Shown here in pieces: positions 45,640 through 46,549 of a stretch of 46,549 nt of DNA (within the stretch, counting starts at the first letter, position 1; each line of letters starts with the position of its first letter). The DNA comes from an uncultured Flavobacteriaceae bacterium. GTDB lineage: Bacteria > Bacteroidota > Bacteroidia > Flavobacteriales > Flavobacteriaceae. The stretch lies in the NCBI GenBank assembly GCA_913020685.1, contig CAJWAY010000001.1, positions 1 to 46,549 of the forward strand, in the 5' to 3' direction. The position numbers were made by a program, and so were the translations under genes. The notes under the pieces are model-generated. The model was not told the origin of the DNA. It saw nothing but the letters and a program-made list of their open reading frames with translations, and did not search any database.

Positions 45640-46242
45640 TCAAAATTTAAATACCAAAACAGCTGTTGCATAACTTACAAAGGTGGTATAGGCAGCATAT
45701 TTGTGCCAATCCTTGTCTTCTTTGGACCAAGCATTAGTGGCAATCATTCCTGAAAAGTGAACATATGCTAACAATTTGTGTGCCTTAATGGAATTTAAGC
45801 CTTTTACTCTATTTCTAACCAGAGGTGGAGGTGCGAAAAGTGAAAGTCCTGCTCCGGTAAAATAGGAGGCAGTAACCCAACGTCCCAATTTTTTATGGGT
45901 TTCATAAAGTTCATACTCACCATTATACAACTTACCACCCATAATACCTTGAGCTACCATCCCCCCCAGTGTCAAGTAGCCTAATATCTGATGTGATTTG
46001 AGCATTACATTCCTTACTTTTAACTCCTTTTCCCTTTGTTCAACAGACAGTTTTGATACCCCGATTTTACGGAATAGGCCACTTTTTCCCCATAAAAGTG
46101 ATTGTGTAAAAATCATTTTTTGTGGCAATAATTGCTCCTCCATCGTCATCTCTTCCTCAAACAAACCATCCAAAAGTAAATCTCGGTCTTGAGCATATGC
46201 TAGTTGAAAAATAAAAAAAGTAAAAAAAATGATTTTTTTCAT
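45640..46242 (-). CDS. uncharacterised His-rich four-helix membrane protein
   Basis: 200 aa. Signal peptide MKKIIFFTFFIFQLAYAQ, then a polar segment, then four hydrophobic helices, each opened by a His (H84, H116, H155/H162, H180). No family recognised. Confidence 0.55.
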   Translation of the reverse strand: MKKIIFFTFFIFQLAYAQDRDLLLDGLFEEEMTMEEQLLPQKMIFTQSLLWGKSGLFRKIGVSKLSVEQREKELKVRNVMLKSHQILGYLTLGGMVAQGIMGGKLYNGEYELYETHKKLGRWVTASYFTGAGLSLFAPPPLVRNRVKGLNSIKAHKLLAYVHFSGMIATNAWSKEDKDWHKYAAYTTFVSYATAVLVFKF

Positions 46243-46278
46243 CTATTTCGCCCCTCAAGGGAATACTAAGATAAATGA

Positions 46279-46549
46279 TTAATACTTAAAAATGCCCTCT
46301 ACCGATTGGATAGTCAATTTTTTGTCTTGAGATGCCTCAACCCTACCTATAACTTGAGCACCTACATTAAAGGACTCGGCAATATCAATTACCTGCTGAG
46401 CTAGAGATTCGGGTAAATAAACCTCCATTCGATGGCCCATATTAAAAACCTCAAACATTTCTCTCCAACTGGTTCCAGATTCTTTTTGGATCATATCAAA
46501 CAATGGGGGACATTCAAAAAGATTATCTTTTATTACATGCAGCTCGTCA
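46279..46549 (-). CDS. purM: phosphoribosylformylglycinamidine cyclo-ligase (AIR synthetase), C-terminal fragment; continues off the right edge
   Basis: The frame stays open to nt 46549. The 'M' in the ORF track at 46503 is an internal TTG (Leu). The sequence ...CPPLFDMIQKESGTSWREMFEVFNMGHRMEV... matches the PurM C-terminal domain. Confidence 0.8.
   Translation of the reverse strand, partial: DELHVIKDNLFECPPLFDMIQKESGTSWREMFEVFNMGHRMEVYLPESLAQQVIDIAESFNVGAQVIGRVEASQDKKLTIQSVEGIFKY

Noticed and set aside
1-46549. Defence systems, CRISPR arrays, transposases/integrases, prophage genes, tRNA genes
   Set aside because: None were found. All spacers except 2181-2645 are under 200 bp. No direct-repeat/spacer periodicity is present, there is no GGTTCGAATCC-type tRNA T-arm in the intergenic DNA, and no nuclease, reverse-transcriptase or recombinase motifs appear in any ORF.

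Overview
AT-rich core-chromosome segment from a Bacteroidota (Flavobacteriia-like) genome. Promoters of the TTG-N19-TAnnTTTG type, the secretion and lipoprotein signals, and the gene content all fit this assignment. The left edge clips the first 25 nt of a minus-strand 16S rRNA gene together with its promoter and leader. The rest holds 48 densely packed, apparently intact, mostly housekeeping CDSs (one partial): pyrD, yajC, nusB, recQ, kpsF-tatC-lptB, pssA, lnt, secA, msrA, grpE-dnaJ, ilvE, crcB, two amt genes with a P-II protein and a porin, purU, pyrF, prfA and the 3' end of purM. Many neighbours overlap by 4-8 nt, including convergent stop-stop overlaps. I found no tRNA, CRISPR array, transposase or integrase, prophage, or recognisable defence genes, and no convincing stand-alone novel multi-gene system. 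The most system-like or unexplained items are: (1) an amt-porin / P-II-amt ammonium island without canonical promoters; (2) a YceI-like protein paired with an uncharacterised His-rich four-helix membrane protein; (3) an orphan sigma-54 activator that lacks a DNA-binding domain, has a GSFTSA loop, and is translationally coupled to an MscS channel gene; (4) a nested four-copy AACACTAAA inverted-repeat array between dnaJ and mscS; (5) an unusually long (465 bp) empty convergent spacer. I corrected ORF-track starts where terminators, promoters or non-ATG codons show the 5' extension is spurious. All family calls come from motif recognition by eye, and no database search was run.
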